Notes under the pieces: model-generated
The model's database searches: none
The model's input: only the letters and a program-made list of their open reading frames with translations
What the model was told of the DNA's origin: nothing
Assembly: GCA_964291415.2 (NCBI GenBank)
Contig: OZ219918.1
Coordinates: 1,056,001 to 1,120,000, forward strand
Origin: Alphaproteobacteria bacterium
Lineage (GTDB): Bacteria; Pseudomonadota; Alphaproteobacteria; SP197
Length of the DNA: 64,000 bases
Reading direction: 5' to 3'
Translations under genes and position numbers: made by a program
Part shown: one piece after another, positions 31,570 to 41,615 of the stretch
Layout: each line of letters begins with the position of its first letter
How positions within the stretch are numbered: position 1 is the stretch's first letter

Positions 31570-32808
31570 CTACTTCGCGGGAATCGAGAAAACGATGATG
31601 TACGTGAGGACCAGCGCGAGCATGATGAAGAGACATGTGTCGACAAGCTTCAGCCTCGAACGTCTTGGAGAATCCCTGCAACAGTAGGTGAGGGCGAGCA
31701 GTGTCTGCAGGAGGTAGTATGCCGCAAAGGCCCTGGATGCGAGGGCGACGATCTCGAGCAGGTCGACCGCCCAGACGAGAAAGACTGCGGCGACCGCGAT
31801 CGAGACATAGCCCACCCTGGCCGAGAGATGACCGAGACTGTTCTCGCGCAACAGGCCGCCTCCGCCTCCCATGTCGGCCACCGCCGCACTGAACTGACTC
31901 GTCAGTGCGGCGATCATCAGCATGACTGGCAGGATCAGGGCCACCGGCGCCACAGCGTCGACGATCTGCGCGAGCCGGATGTGGACCAGGTCCATGCCCT
32001 GCACCACCGGCATCAGCAAGATGACGGAAATGACGTAAATGCCCCCCGAGATGAGTTGAGCGTTCCGCATGCTCTTGACCCGGATCTCAGGGCTGTACTT
32101 TTCCCCGAGGAAGCGCGACGTCTCGAATCCCTGCACCACGAGGAGGGCCCCCGCCAACATCTGGAACTGCGTGAAGACACCCCTCTGCGGGAAGTCGAGG
32201 TGGAGTTCCATTTCGGTCAGGAATCCAAATCCGTAGATGGCGAGACCGGTGACGAGGGAGGCGATGACGCAGAGCTGGATCGTGACCGCAATGCTCTCGA
32301 GTCGCTCAAGGCCCTCCAATCCCTTGAGATACCCCATGCAGGCGATGGAGACGATCACGATCGTCGTCAGGCCGCGTTCCATGTCCGGATCGTTCATGCC
32401 CAGATAACCGAGAAGAAAACTCGACAGCAGGGAGAGGTAGAACGCGACAGCGATGACATAGGCGACGACGAGAACGACGTTGCCCAGGTACTCGATCTCG
32501 CGGGTACCCCTGTGGGTCCGTCCGTCGGCGAGGCGTGGTTCGACATGCATGATGTTGAACCGGATGACGTGGCCAATCGCGTAGGCGAGGAGGACGATTC
32601 CAAGAATTGCCACCGGCGCCATCGGGCCGACGATGCTCGCGAGCAAGGGCGCCATGATGAGGAACCCGCTGCCGATAATGGAGGAAAGAGGGGTGAGTGT
32701 GGCGTGCCACACGTCACCCTTTGCCATCCGTGAGCGAAACAGAATGAGGGCGACGACAGCGCAAGACGCGAGCAGCAGGACGGTGAGCATCGGGCTTGAA
32801 GGTGCCAT
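31570..32808 (-). CDS. APC-superfamily-like membrane transporter
   Basis: TPLSSIIGSGFL, VQGFETSRFLG, about 12 hydrophobic segments. Confidence 0.7.
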   Translation of the reverse strand: MAPSSPMLTVLLLASCAVVALILFRSRMAKGDVWHATLTPLSSIIGSGFLIMAPLLASIVGPMAPVAILGIVLLAYAIGHVIRFNIMHVEPRLADGRTHRGTREIEYLGNVVLVVAYVIAVAFYLSLLSSFLLGYLGMNDPDMERGLTTIVIVSIACMGYLKGLEGLERLESIAVTIQLCVIASLVTGLAIYGFGFLTEMELHLDFPQRGVFTQFQMLAGALLVVQGFETSRFLGEKYSPEIRVKSMRNAQLISGGIYVISVILLMPVVQGMDLVHIRLAQIVDAVAPVALILPVMLMIAALTSQFSAAVADMGGGGGLLRENSLGHLSARVGYVSIAVAAVFLVWAVDLLEIVALASRAFAAYYLLQTLLALTYCCRDSPRRSRLKLVDTCLFIMLALVLTYIIVFSIPAK

Positions 32809-32822
32809 GAATAGCCAACCTC

Positions 32823-32929
32823 GCTGCCTTGGGTGGGTCGGTTCGCGGTCGCGTCACACAATCACGTGCGCCGTCGACTTCAGGGCGATGTGGGCGACTT
32901 CCGGGACCGCAACCGAATCACAAGGCAGC
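32823..32929 (-). promoter_or_regulatory. long imperfect stem-loop in the 5' leader of the transporter gene
   Basis: GCTGCCTTG/CAAGGCAGC closing stem, TCGGTTGCGGTC/GACCGCGAACCGA inner stem; ends directly before the GAGGT RBS. Confidence 0.5.
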
Positions 32930-33301
32930 CTGGCGAATAAGCAATGCAGATATGTGTACGGTCGCCGGTCGAAAAGCGGAATCGGCCGGCTATCAACTCC
33001 CTCTCCCGTTCCTGCACGACGATACGCCATGGCTCGAGTGCCGGACAAGAATCCGTCCCACTGCATTGACATCGAGCATCCACTCCGGAGTCCGCAAAGG
33101 GGGGCTGCAGTCGGATCGCCGGTCGTCCGACCCCCAAACCGGCCTCCGGTGTGGCACGTTCGTCACTTTCGGGCATCGCACCCACCAGGTGATTGCAGGT
33201 CCAAAGCGGGATTGTGGAGATACCGCACTCAAGGCCGGGAGGCAGCCTTGATTCCCGTCCCGGCCGAACGCTAGGGTCTCTTCCGGGTGCCGGGGCACGT
33301 C

Positions 33302-34456
33302 ATGCCGCTTCTTCACTTCTCCCGCAGGGAATTCGATTGCCGGCTGGCTGCTGCCCGTGCCGCCATGGAGCGTGACGGACTTGATGGCCTGGTGCTGTTT
33401 CGTCAGGACAGCATGTACTATCTCACCGGCTACGACACGAGCGGCTACTCCATGTTCCAGGGCATGTACCTCGGAGCGGACGGAGCGCTCGCATTGCTGA
33501 CGCGTTCGGCGGACCGCATCCAGTCCCGCGAAACGTCCATCGTCGAGGACATTCGCATCTGGCAGGATCGGGAGGATGCGTCGCCTGCCGACGACCTCCG
33601 AGACATGCTCGAGGACCATGGGTGCCGGGGACGACGCCTCGGTGTCGAGTACCATGCCTACGGTCTCACCGGGCAGCGCGCGAAGATGGTCGACGTTGCG
33701 CTCGACGGATTCTGCCGGACCGTCGATGCATCCGACCTCGTCCGCCTGCTCCGGCTGGTCAAGAGCGAGGAGGAGCTAGCGTACGTGCGCAAGGCAGGGT
33801 CGCTGTGTGACCGCATTCTCGATGTCAGCATCGAGCGCACCGTCCCGGGCGCCTCCGTGAAGGCGGTCTATGGGGCGATGATGCAGGCGCTCATGGAGGG
33901 CGGCGGCGATCCGACCGCAGGCCGCTGGCCCATGGGCGCCGGCGAAGCCGCTGTGTTTTGCCGCTACCATACCGGCGACGAGACCGTTGCGGAGCGGGAC
34001 CAGGTCGTGTTTGAGCCGGCTGCAGCCTTTCGGCACTACCATGCGGCCATGATGTACAACATCCTCACCGGAACCCCGGATCATCGCCACGTGAGCATGA
34101 ACCGCGCATGCGCCGATGCCATCGATGCCTGCCTTGAAACCCTGCGCCCGGGGAGGACAGTTGGCGACGTGTTTGACGCACACGCAAGGACATTCGGTGA
34201 TGCTGGCTTCGGTCACGCCCGGCTCGCCGCCTGCGGCTACACCATGGGGGCGATGTATCCCCCGACATGGATGGACTGGCCGATGGTGTGGGCCGGGAAC
34301 CCGCAGGTACTGGAGTCCGGCATGGTGTTCTTCCTTCACATGATCCTGCTCGATGACACCACCGGACTGAGCATGTGCATCGGCGAGACTGCGATCGTGA
34401 CCGACGGAGGGTGTGAGCGCGTCAACCACATTCCCCGGGAGCCGATCGTCAACTGA
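33302..34456 (+). CDS. M24 creatinase/ectoine-hydrolase (DoeA)-like amidohydrolase
   Basis: HFSRREF..RL, SMYYLTGYDT, RLVKS, RHYHAAMM, CGYTMGA.YPPTW, GMVFFLHM. Confidence 0.85.
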   Translation: MPLLHFSRREFDCRLAAARAAMERDGLDGLVLFRQDSMYYLTGYDTSGYSMFQGMYLGADGALALLTRSADRIQSRETSIVEDIRIWQDREDASPADDLRDMLEDHGCRGRRLGVEYHAYGLTGQRAKMVDVALDGFCRTVDASDLVRLLRLVKSEEELAYVRKAGSLCDRILDVSIERTVPGASVKAVYGAMMQALMEGGGDPTAGRWPMGAGEAAVFCRYHTGDETVAERDQVVFEPAAAFRHYHAAMMYNILTGTPDHRHVSMNRACADAIDACLETLRPGRTVGDVFDAHARTFGDAGFGHARLAACGYTMGAMYPPTWMDWPMVWAGNPQVLESGMVFFLHMILLDDTTGLSMCIGETAIVTDGGCERVNHIPREPIVN

Positions 34457-34687
34457 GCATCGTCCAGCGGTGTTGCCCCCTTGAAGAAGACCGGAAGGCC
34501 GACTGCGGCAGAGTTCATGCCAGATCCCGGTCGGGAATGTCATCGGGTGCGGCGACGTCAGGCCGGCTGAGGGGTCCGGAATTGGCCAAGTTCATGGGCT
34601 TGGCGTTGCTGCCGGAGGCATGGGATGGTGACCGGGATCCGTATCGGGCAAAATGACGGTACCGTCCGCAGCCGAGGTGATGAGCGG

Positions 34688-35239
34688 ATGAACAACGGCA
34701 CCCGTCATCACGGGCTCCGGATCCGTTCGGCCACGGAGGGAGACTTCTCCGACATTGCCCGGATCTATGCCTGGCATGTGCGGCACGGAACGGCATCGTT
34801 CGAGATTGATCCACCGGATGCCGGGGAAATGCTGGCACGCTGGCAGGCACTTCGCGCACTAGGCCTCCCCTGGCTCATCGCAGAAACCGCCGACGCCATC
34901 ACGGGGTATGCGTGTGCCTCGCCCTGGCGGTCCCGGTCTGCCTATCGCCTGACGGTGGAGAACTCGGTCTACGTGCGTCACGGATACGACAGGCAGGGAA
35001 CGGGCCTTGTGCTGATGGAAGCGTTGATAAGGCAGTGCGCGAGCCTCGGTTACCGGCAGATGATCGCTGTCATCGGAGGCTCGGCCAACAGGGCCTCGAT
35101 CGACTTTCACGAGCGGCTCGGGTTCCACCGTGTCGGCGTCCTGGAATCGGTTGGTCACAAGTTCGATCGCTGGGTGGATACGGTTCTCATGCAGCGCGCC
35201 CTCGGCGAAGGTGACACATCGCCTCCCGGAGACCCTTGA
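34688..35239 (+). CDS. GNAT acetyltransferase, phosphinothricin acetyltransferase/YncA-like
   Basis: GTASFE..PP, AY..TVENSVYV, ASIDFHERLGF, VGHKFDRWVD. Confidence 0.9.
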   Translation: MNNGTRHHGLRIRSATEGDFSDIARIYAWHVRHGTASFEIDPPDAGEMLARWQALRALGLPWLIAETADAITGYACASPWRSRSAYRLTVENSVYVRHGYDRQGTGLVLMEALIRQCASLGYRQMIAVIGGSANRASIDFHERLGFHRVGVLESVGHKFDRWVDTVLMQRALGEGDTSPPGDP

Positions 35240-35414
35240 ATCGCCGGCTTTGCCTGGCTTTCGACCGGGCTCGACGAGGCCCGAGGCGACCCGGGTTCCG
35301 GCGTCGTGTCGGTGACCGGCTGTCCCGCTGCAATGACTGGTGGGGCCAGTGATGCACGACATGTCATGGTGATGCTATGATCGCCGACGCTTTGACCGGA
35401 AATGGGGCCCAGCC

Positions 35415-36800
35415 ATGGAGAGTTTCGAAAGCCAGAACCTGACCGAGGAGATCCTGGCACTTGACGCCCATCTCGTTCATTCCTTCGCCAATCTCGACGG
35501 ATTGAAGGCCGAGGGCGCGCGCACCGTCATTGCCGAGGCTGACGGTGCCTTTGTCTACGATGCGGATGGCAACCGCATGCTGGACGGCATCGGCGGCCTG
35601 TGGTGTGTCAATGTCGGTCACGGGCGCCGCGAGATCATCGATGCCGTGGCCGCACAGTTGCGCAAGCTGGACTACTACTCGACCTTCTACAATCTCACCC
35701 ATCCCGAAGGCGCGCGCCTCTCCCACAAGGTAGCGTCACTGGCTCCGGGTTCGCTCAACCATGTCTATTTCGGCAATTCCGGCTCGGTTGCCAACGACAG
35801 TGCGGTGCGCATCCTCCACCACTACTTCAACCGCCTCGGCGAGCCTTCGAAGCGGATCATTCTCTCGAGGATCGGCGCCTATCACGGCTCGACGCACCTC
35901 TCAGTCGCCCTCACGACTCCGGCCTACCGGGCCGACTGGAACTCGGCCGAGGATCTCGTCCACCACCTCTCGTCACCCTATCCCTACAGGCGGCCCGACG
36001 GCATGACGGTCGACGAGTTCTCGGATTTCCTTATCCAGGAAATGATCGAAGCCATCGAGAAGATCGGCGCCGAGAACATCGCCGGTTTCATCGCCGAACC
36101 GATCATGGGGGCAGGAGGTGTCATCGTGCCGCCCGACGGCTATCACAAACGGACCAGGGACGTGTGCTCGACCTATGGCATCAAGTACATCTCCGACGAG
36201 GTCGTCACGGCGTTCGGACGTCTCGGCCACTTCTTCTCGTCTCAGGATGTCTTCGGCATCGAGCCCGACATCATAACCTCGGCGAAGGGTCTCACCTCGG
36301 GCTATCAGCCGCTCTCGGCGACCATTCTCTCGGAAGAGATCTACGACGTCATTGCCGCACCGGGAGCGATGTTCCTTCACGGCATGACCTATTCGAGTCA
36401 CCCCGCCGCCTGTGCAGCCGCCCTGGCGAACATCGCCATCATGGAGAATGAAGACCTGTGCGGGCACGTCCGGACCACGGGACCGTTGTTCGAGGCGGCG
36501 CTCCATCGTCTTGGAGACCTTGATGCCGTGGGCGAAGTCCGGGGCAGCCATTTCATGCAGGGAATCGAGTTCGTCCGCGATCAGGCCACCGGGGATCTCC
36601 ATGACGCGGAAGTGGATTTTGGCGGGCGCGTGGCGCGCCATGCCCAGAAGCGCGGACTGATCGTCAGGCCCTTGGGTCACATGGCGGTGCTGTCCCCTCC
36701 ACTCATCATCGGTGAGAAGGAAATCGGCATCATCGAGGACGTCCTGCGGGAGAGCATCACCGCGGCACTCGACGACGTCGCGGCGGAGGGCTTGGCCTGA
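35415..36800 (+). CDS. class III (omega-amine/diamine:pyruvate) aminotransferase
   Basis: LDGIGGLWCVNVGHGR, AYHGST, FIAEPIMGAGG, DEVVTAFGRLG, AKGLTSGY. Confidence 0.92.
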   Translation: MESFESQNLTEEILALDAHLVHSFANLDGLKAEGARTVIAEADGAFVYDADGNRMLDGIGGLWCVNVGHGRREIIDAVAAQLRKLDYYSTFYNLTHPEGARLSHKVASLAPGSLNHVYFGNSGSVANDSAVRILHHYFNRLGEPSKRIILSRIGAYHGSTHLSVALTTPAYRADWNSAEDLVHHLSSPYPYRRPDGMTVDEFSDFLIQEMIEAIEKIGAENIAGFIAEPIMGAGGVIVPPDGYHKRTRDVCSTYGIKYISDEVVTAFGRLGHFFSSQDVFGIEPDIITSAKGLTSGYQPLSATILSEEIYDVIAAPGAMFLHGMTYSSHPAACAAALANIAIMENEDLCGHVRTTGPLFEAALHRLGDLDAVGEVRGSHFMQGIEFVRDQATGDLHDAEVDFGGRVARHAQKRGLIVRPLGHMAVLSPPLIIGEKEIGIIEDVLRESITAALDDVAAEGLA

Positions 36801-36869
36801 CGGGTCAGGTCGGCGGCGCCCCTTCGGCAAGAAACCACCAGCGGTGAACGCGGGACCGTGCGTCGCCCG

Positions 36870-37454
36870 TCGGCAGGGGGGCTGGCAAGAGCACGGAGTG
36901 TCGGTTCCTCCCTCGTCAGACGGGGACGTTCGTCGAGGTAGCCATGATCGCGTAGCCAGGCCTCGAGGTCGTCTGCACTCCTCGTCCTGAACCGGGCGAG
37001 GGCGGGCGGCCGGTTCGAGCGCAGAGTGTCGAGCAACGCCCGCGGATCGCCTGCCAGCGATTCGGCGATCGTGACGAGAAGTTCAAGGTAGTGCCCGGAC
37101 ACGGCATTGCTTCGATGCAGGGAATCGCGATCAACGGGGCGGTTGCGGCCCTCGTTCCACAGCGAGGTGAAGATCGCGAAGAGATCGATACGCGCATCGA
37201 GAAGCCGCCTCGTACAGACTTCGAGAGGAACCATGGCCTCGAAGCGGGCGTTGCTGCTGTCGACCACGTCGCCGGCGAAGAGGACGGCGGCGACATTCCT
37301 GTCGATTGCGAGGTCGACGCAGCGTTCTAGGGCAGCGGCCGGCGTCAGGTCCGCCGGATCGATACCCCCAGTCCACTACGGAATCGGGAATGCCGGAACA
37401 CCGGGTACCGAGGTGAACGTCACCGATGGCCAGAAGTCTCGCGCCGTCGCCCAT
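36870..37454 (-). pseudogene. chimeric relic: SbcD/YhaO-type metallophosphoesterase N-terminus joined to an unrelated C-terminal segment
   Basis: LLAIGDVHLG, a 1-nt frameshift in the G-run at 37365-37369, VLFAGDVVD, then the GNHD motif is absent and the sequence switches at ~37175. Confidence 0.65.
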
Positions 37455-37543
37455 GCCACCTCACGTCAGGCGGCCGCGGATTGTGACCGCCGCCGTTCGT
37501 GTCTAGATTGAGACTTCCACAGGCACCGGCAAGAGGGTCATTC

Positions 37544-38023
37544 ATGAAGGGCAATCCAGAGGTCGTCGGTTTTTTGAACAGGGTTCTCAAGAACGAGCTC
37601 ACGGCGATCAACCAGTACTTTCTTCATTCCCGCATTCTCAAGGATTGGGGGGTCATCGGCCTGGCCGAGCACAACTACCGGGAATCCCTGGAGGAAATGC
37701 AGCACGCCGACAGCCTGATCGAACGGATTCTCTTCCTCGAGGGTCTTCCCAATCTCCAGGAGCTCGGCAAGCTGATGATCGGCGAGGACGTAAGGGAGAT
37801 CCTGGAGTGCGATCTGAAGCTCGAGTACGCCGCTGTGCCCGTGCTGCGTGACGGGATTGCCTGCTGCGAAGGCAGCAGCGACTTCGTCAGCCGCAACCTG
37901 TTGCGCGACATCCTGCTGGCCGAGGAGGAACATATCGACTGGCTCGAAACGCAACTCGGCCTCATCGAGAAAACGGGAATCGAGAACTACATCCAGCTGC
38001 AGAGTCAGCCCGCCGCCGGTTGA
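37544..38023 (+). CDS. bfr: bacterioferritin
   Basis: [25 protein letters not shown] (heme Met), [22 protein letters not shown]. Confidence 0.96.
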   Translation: MKGNPEVVGFLNRVLKNELTAINQYFLHSRILKDWGVIGLAEHNYRESLEEMQHADSLIERILFLEGLPNLQELGKLMIGEDVREILECDLKLEYAAVPVLRDGIACCEGSSDFVSRNLLRDILLAEEEHIDWLETQLGLIEKTGIENYIQLQSQPAAG

Positions 38024-38024
38024 G

Positions 38025-38234
38025 TCACCTATCCAGGGGGCGTCGTTCCACGTGTGGTTGATCCTGGTAACCGCCGCGCACGAGGTCGATGAGCGCCTGG
38101 GCGTCCTCCAGGCACTGCCCGCACCGGGGGCCGGAGCCAAGCATGGCATAGGCCTGGCGGGCGCAGTGAATGCCCGATTGCGCCACGCCGGCAATGTCGC
38201 GTTCACGATAGGCGTTGCAGATGCAGATGAACAC
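38025..38234 (-). CDS. bfd: bacterioferritin-associated ferredoxin
   Basis: MFICICN...CGQC [2Fe-2S] motif. Confidence 0.9.
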   Translation of the reverse strand: MFICICNAYRERDIAGVAQSGIHCARQAYAMLGSGPRCGQCLEDAQALIDLVRGGYQDQPHVERRPLDR

Positions 38235-38274
38235 CGTGTCTCACTTGTGAGGACCGGGAGGCATGCTGACTGCA

Positions 38275-38293
38275 ATTGCAAATGATTGTCAAT
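38275..38293. promoter_or_regulatory. Fur-box-like iron operator upstream of bfd
   Basis: TGCAAAT-G-ATTGTCA, 11 of 14 matches to the 7-1-7 TGATAAT-N-ATTATCA consensus, ~40 nt upstream of bfd. Confidence 0.65.
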
Positions 38294-38314
38294 CCCGAAA
38301 TCGGCCTTGGCCGA

Positions 38315-38839
38315 TCATTCACCGGCGAAGAGTGCGTCGAGTGCCTTTCGGTGGATATCGGCGGCATCGGCATCCACGCAGGCCAGCAGGACCCGGCGAA
38401 GCGTGCTGCCTTCCTCGAGATGAAGGCGGATCGCGGTCACGGCTGTTCGAGCGGCGAGGTGGAGGGGATAACCGTAGGCGCCCGTGCTGATGGCCGGGAA
38501 GGCGATCGATCGAAGTCCCTGCTTCACGGCGATGTCGCAGCTACGGCGATAGCAACTCGAGAGCAGAGCCTCCTCTCCTCGCGTACCGCCCTGCCAGACA
38601 GGACCCACGGTGTGAATGACGTGGCGGCTTGGCAGGTTCCAGCCGCCGGTCAGTTTGACATGACCGGTCTCGCAACCACCGAGTGTACGGCACTCTTCGA
38701 GCAGCCGGGGTCCTGCGGCCCGGTGAATGGCACCGTCGACGCCACCGCCGCCGAGCAGCGTGCTGTTGGCGGCATTGACGATGGCGTCGACAGCAAGCGT
38801 GGTGATATCACCCTCAAAGACCTCGATCCGTTCGCGCAT
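38315..38839 (-). CDS. ymdB: macro-domain O-acetyl-ADP-ribose deacetylase
   Basis: [40 protein letters not shown]. Confidence 0.93.
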   Translation of the reverse strand: MRERIEVFEGDITTLAVDAIVNAANSTLLGGGGVDGAIHRAAGPRLLEECRTLGGCETGHVKLTGGWNLPSRHVIHTVGPVWQGGTRGEEALLSSCYRRSCDIAVKQGLRSIAFPAISTGAYGYPLHLAARTAVTAIRLHLEEGSTLRRVLLACVDADAADIHRKALDALFAGE

Positions 38840-39047
38840 GCGCCCCTATCCCGAATGCCCCCGGCTGTGCTTCCCAGGCGCCGACAACGCCTGCTCGCCA
38901 CCGCCGATGCCGAACCCCTGGAGCGGTGCCGGGCACAGCCCCTGCATAGACAGTATCGTGCCGGGCCTGGCCCGGGTCGAGCCTGTCCTTGTCAACCGCC
39001 ACGGCCATGGACGTCAATCGACGCGCGTCGGTCGAACGCTGCCTCCA

Positions 39048-39650
39048 TCAATCCGCGTAGTCCGTTTCGACAAGGCTGTAGTCACCGGCCGATATCCGGA
39101 TGATTGCGTCCTGCGGCGCAGGGAAACCGAGCAGCGCCTCAGGATCGAGTCCGCAAGCCGCGGCGACGAACATCCGGTTGAACACGCCATGGGCGACGAT
39201 GACCGTCTCGTCGCCAAGGTCGACAGCCTCCAGCCACGCGCTTGCTCGCTCGAAGACATCGCGGCAGCACTCGCCTCCGGGTGCCGCGTTCCGGAACGGG
39301 TCACGGCGCCGACGCTCCCAGGACAACCGGTCGTACAGCACCGCTTCGGTTGCCGTCATGCCCGCGAAGCTGCCGTCATCAATCTCGACCAGCCTGTCGT
39401 CGAACTGGACTGTTTCCAGGGACCGTCCCAGAGCGTCGCAGATCAGGCCGCAGCTTTGACGTGCGCGGCCGAGTGAACTGCACCAAATGGGCACCGTTCC
39501 GGGCTCCGTCACCAGCGTTGCGAGCAGACGCCCCATGGCGCTTGCCTGCTCTGCACCGCGCCGGGTCAGATGCGAATCCTGCTGGCCCTGCATCCGGCCA
39601 ACCCGATTCCATTCCGTCTCGCCGTGCCGCATGAGATAGATGACGCCCAT
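39048..39650 (-). CDS. histidine phosphatase (phosphoglycerate mutase) family protein
   Basis: LMRHGETEWN, QG..DS.LT, SSLGRA, L.EI, VAHG. Confidence 0.9.
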   Translation of the reverse strand: MGVIYLMRHGETEWNRVGRMQGQQDSHLTRRGAEQASAMGRLLATLVTEPGTVPIWCSSLGRARQSCGLICDALGRSLETVQFDDRLVEIDDGSFAGMTATEAVLYDRLSWERRRRDPFRNAAPGGECCRDVFERASAWLEAVDLGDETVIVAHGVFNRMFVAAACGLDPEALLGFPAPQDAIIRISAGDYSLVETDYAD

Positions 39651-39934
39651 GAATTCTCCGTTGGGGCAGACTCTCCGTGACCCGCACGCGCCAAGGCGGT
39701 GTGACGTGGTCCGAACAGAGCGCTGGAAGCGTGTTCCGTGCGTTCTGCCTTCATCCCTGTCGCGTGACAAGGGCGACGGCACATTCTGCTTCGCCGATTG
39801 CCGCAATCAGATATTCGTCATCGAAGGAGGTGTCCGCGACGTCATGCACGACGATCGCCAGTTCGGCCCATCCGGCAGGAGGGCGCACCTGCATTCGCTT
39901 GCCGGACTGCGTGCCGGGGCGGTAGTTTCGGACC

Positions 39935-41125
39935 ATGACACGGCCGGACGCCATCAGGCTCCACCTCAATGACCCGCGGCTGCGGCAAAGAGCCTATGGC
40001 GAGCCGCAGGCGCACGTGATGTCGCGGGCCACGCGCGGCGTCGCAAGGCAGACGATCGCACGCTGGCCGGACTATGCTCCCACGCCCCTCGTCGATCTCC
40101 CCGGACTCGCCTCGCGTCTCGGCATTGGCGGTCTGAGGATCAAGTACGAAGGCCACCGGTTCGGTCTTGGAAGCTTCAAGGCGCTCGGCGGCGCCTATGG
40201 CGTGCTGCGGGTGCTCGCCCGGGAAACCGGCCGCACCATGGATGACATCATGGCTGGACGCGCCCGGGATGCCGTTGCCGGTGTCACGGTGTGCTGCGCC
40301 ACGGACGGCAATCACGGGCGGGCCGTGGCGTGGGGGGCAGGACTGGCCGGCGCCCGTTGTGTCATCTACCTCCATGACCATGTCAGTCAGGGACGCGAGG
40401 ATGCGATCGCGGCCTATGGAGCCGACATCGTAAGGGTGAAGGGAACCTACGACGACTCGGTCCTGAAGGCTGCAGAGGATGCCCGGAGCCGTGGCTGGAT
40501 CGTTCTCTCGGACACATCGTGGCCCGGTTACGAGGACATTCCCTCCTGGGTGATGCAGGGCTACACCGTGCTCACGGCCGAGGCGATGGAGCAGATGGCC
40601 GCACGCCGGCCAAGCCACGTCTTCATCCAGGCGGGTGTCGGCGGACTGGCCGCGGCGGTGGTGGGGCCGATGTGGGAGGACTGGGGGAGCGCGCGGCCGC
40701 TGACAGTCGTTGTCGAACCCCACGAGGCCGACTGTGTCTACCAGAGCGCTGTTCATGGGCGCCCGACCGAGGGATCAGGGTCCCTCGACACCGTCATGGC
40801 CTGTCTTTCTGCCGGGACGATCTCGCCGCTCGCCTGGACCATCCTGGAGCGCGGAGCCGATGCCTTCGTCACCATTGCCGACCCGTATTCGCCGCAAGCG
40901 ATGGTGACGCTTGCGAACAACGCCGGGTCGCCGCTCGTTGCAGGCGAGTCGGGCGCCGCCGGTCTGGCAGGACTGCTGGCGGCGCTGGAAGAGAGCGATG
41001 TCGGCCAGGCACTGGGACTGAACCGCGAGAGCGATGTTCTTCTGGTCGCCAGCGAGGGAGCGACGGATCCGGAGATTTACACCAGGATCGTCGGGCGTCG
41101 GCCGGAAGAGGTGCCGGGTGGTTGA
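39935..41125 (+). CDS. dpaL: diaminopropionate ammonia-lyase
   Basis: YAPTPL, RFGLGSFKALGG, CATDGNHGR, SDTSWPGY, QAGVGG, AGESGAAG. Confidence 0.9.
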   Translation: MTRPDAIRLHLNDPRLRQRAYGEPQAHVMSRATRGVARQTIARWPDYAPTPLVDLPGLASRLGIGGLRIKYEGHRFGLGSFKALGGAYGVLRVLARETGRTMDDIMAGRARDAVAGVTVCCATDGNHGRAVAWGAGLAGARCVIYLHDHVSQGREDAIAAYGADIVRVKGTYDDSVLKAAEDARSRGWIVLSDTSWPGYEDIPSWVMQGYTVLTAEAMEQMAARRPSHVFIQAGVGGLAAAVVGPMWEDWGSARPLTVVVEPHEADCVYQSAVHGRPTEGSGSLDTVMACLSAGTISPLAWTILERGADAFVTIADPYSPQAMVTLANNAGSPLVAGESGAAGLAGLLAALEESDVGQALGLNRESDVLLVASEGATDPEIYTRIVGRRPEEVPGG

Positions 41126-41615
41126 CGGCAAGCTCCTGCCCTGTCTGGCGGTGGCCCTGGCGCTCCTTGTCGCGATACCGGCCAAGGGGGACGAATCCGA
41201 ACGCGTCTCGGCGGCACAGCAGGCCCTCCAGGTGATGGGCTACGACCCCGGTCCCGTCGATGGCGCCATGGGGGAGAACACTCGACGCGCCCTGGAAGCG
41301 TTCCAGAAGGAGTTCGGCCTTGCCGTCGACGGCAGGATCGATGACGCGCTTCTTGAGAGGCTTCGCGCAGAGGCGGCCCTCGACGCGGCGTCATCGGAGC
41401 GGCGGCTGGACCGCAAGGGATTGCTGCGCAGCTACACGCGGGCAGTGCAGGAAGGGCTGCATGATCTGGGCTTCGATCCCGGTCCGGTAGACGGGGTGGT
41501 CGGCCCGTTGACCAGGCAGGCCGTGCGCGCCTTTCAGGCGGAGGCAAGCATCGATGTGACGGGGATCATCTCACCGCTGCTCCTCGAGGCCATCAACCAT
41601 GCGAGGGGCCTGTGA
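41118..41615 (+). CDS. secreted protein with two peptidoglycan-binding domains
   Basis: Signal peptide; GYDPGPVDG.MG..TR.AL.AFQ and GFDPGPVDG..G..TR.AV.AFQ. Confidence 0.85.
   Translation: MVDGKLLPCLAVALALLVAIPAKGDESERVSAAQQALQVMGYDPGPVDGAMGENTRRALEAFQKEFGLAVDGRIDDALLERLRAEAALDAASSERRLDRKGLLRSYTRAVQEGLHDLGFDPGPVDGVVGPLTRQAVRAFQAEASIDVTGIISPLLLEAINHARGL

Noticed and set aside
34508-34522. Sigma54-like TGGCAT-N5-CTGC on the minus strand
   Set aside because: Imperfect -12 element and it points antisense into the M24 gene.
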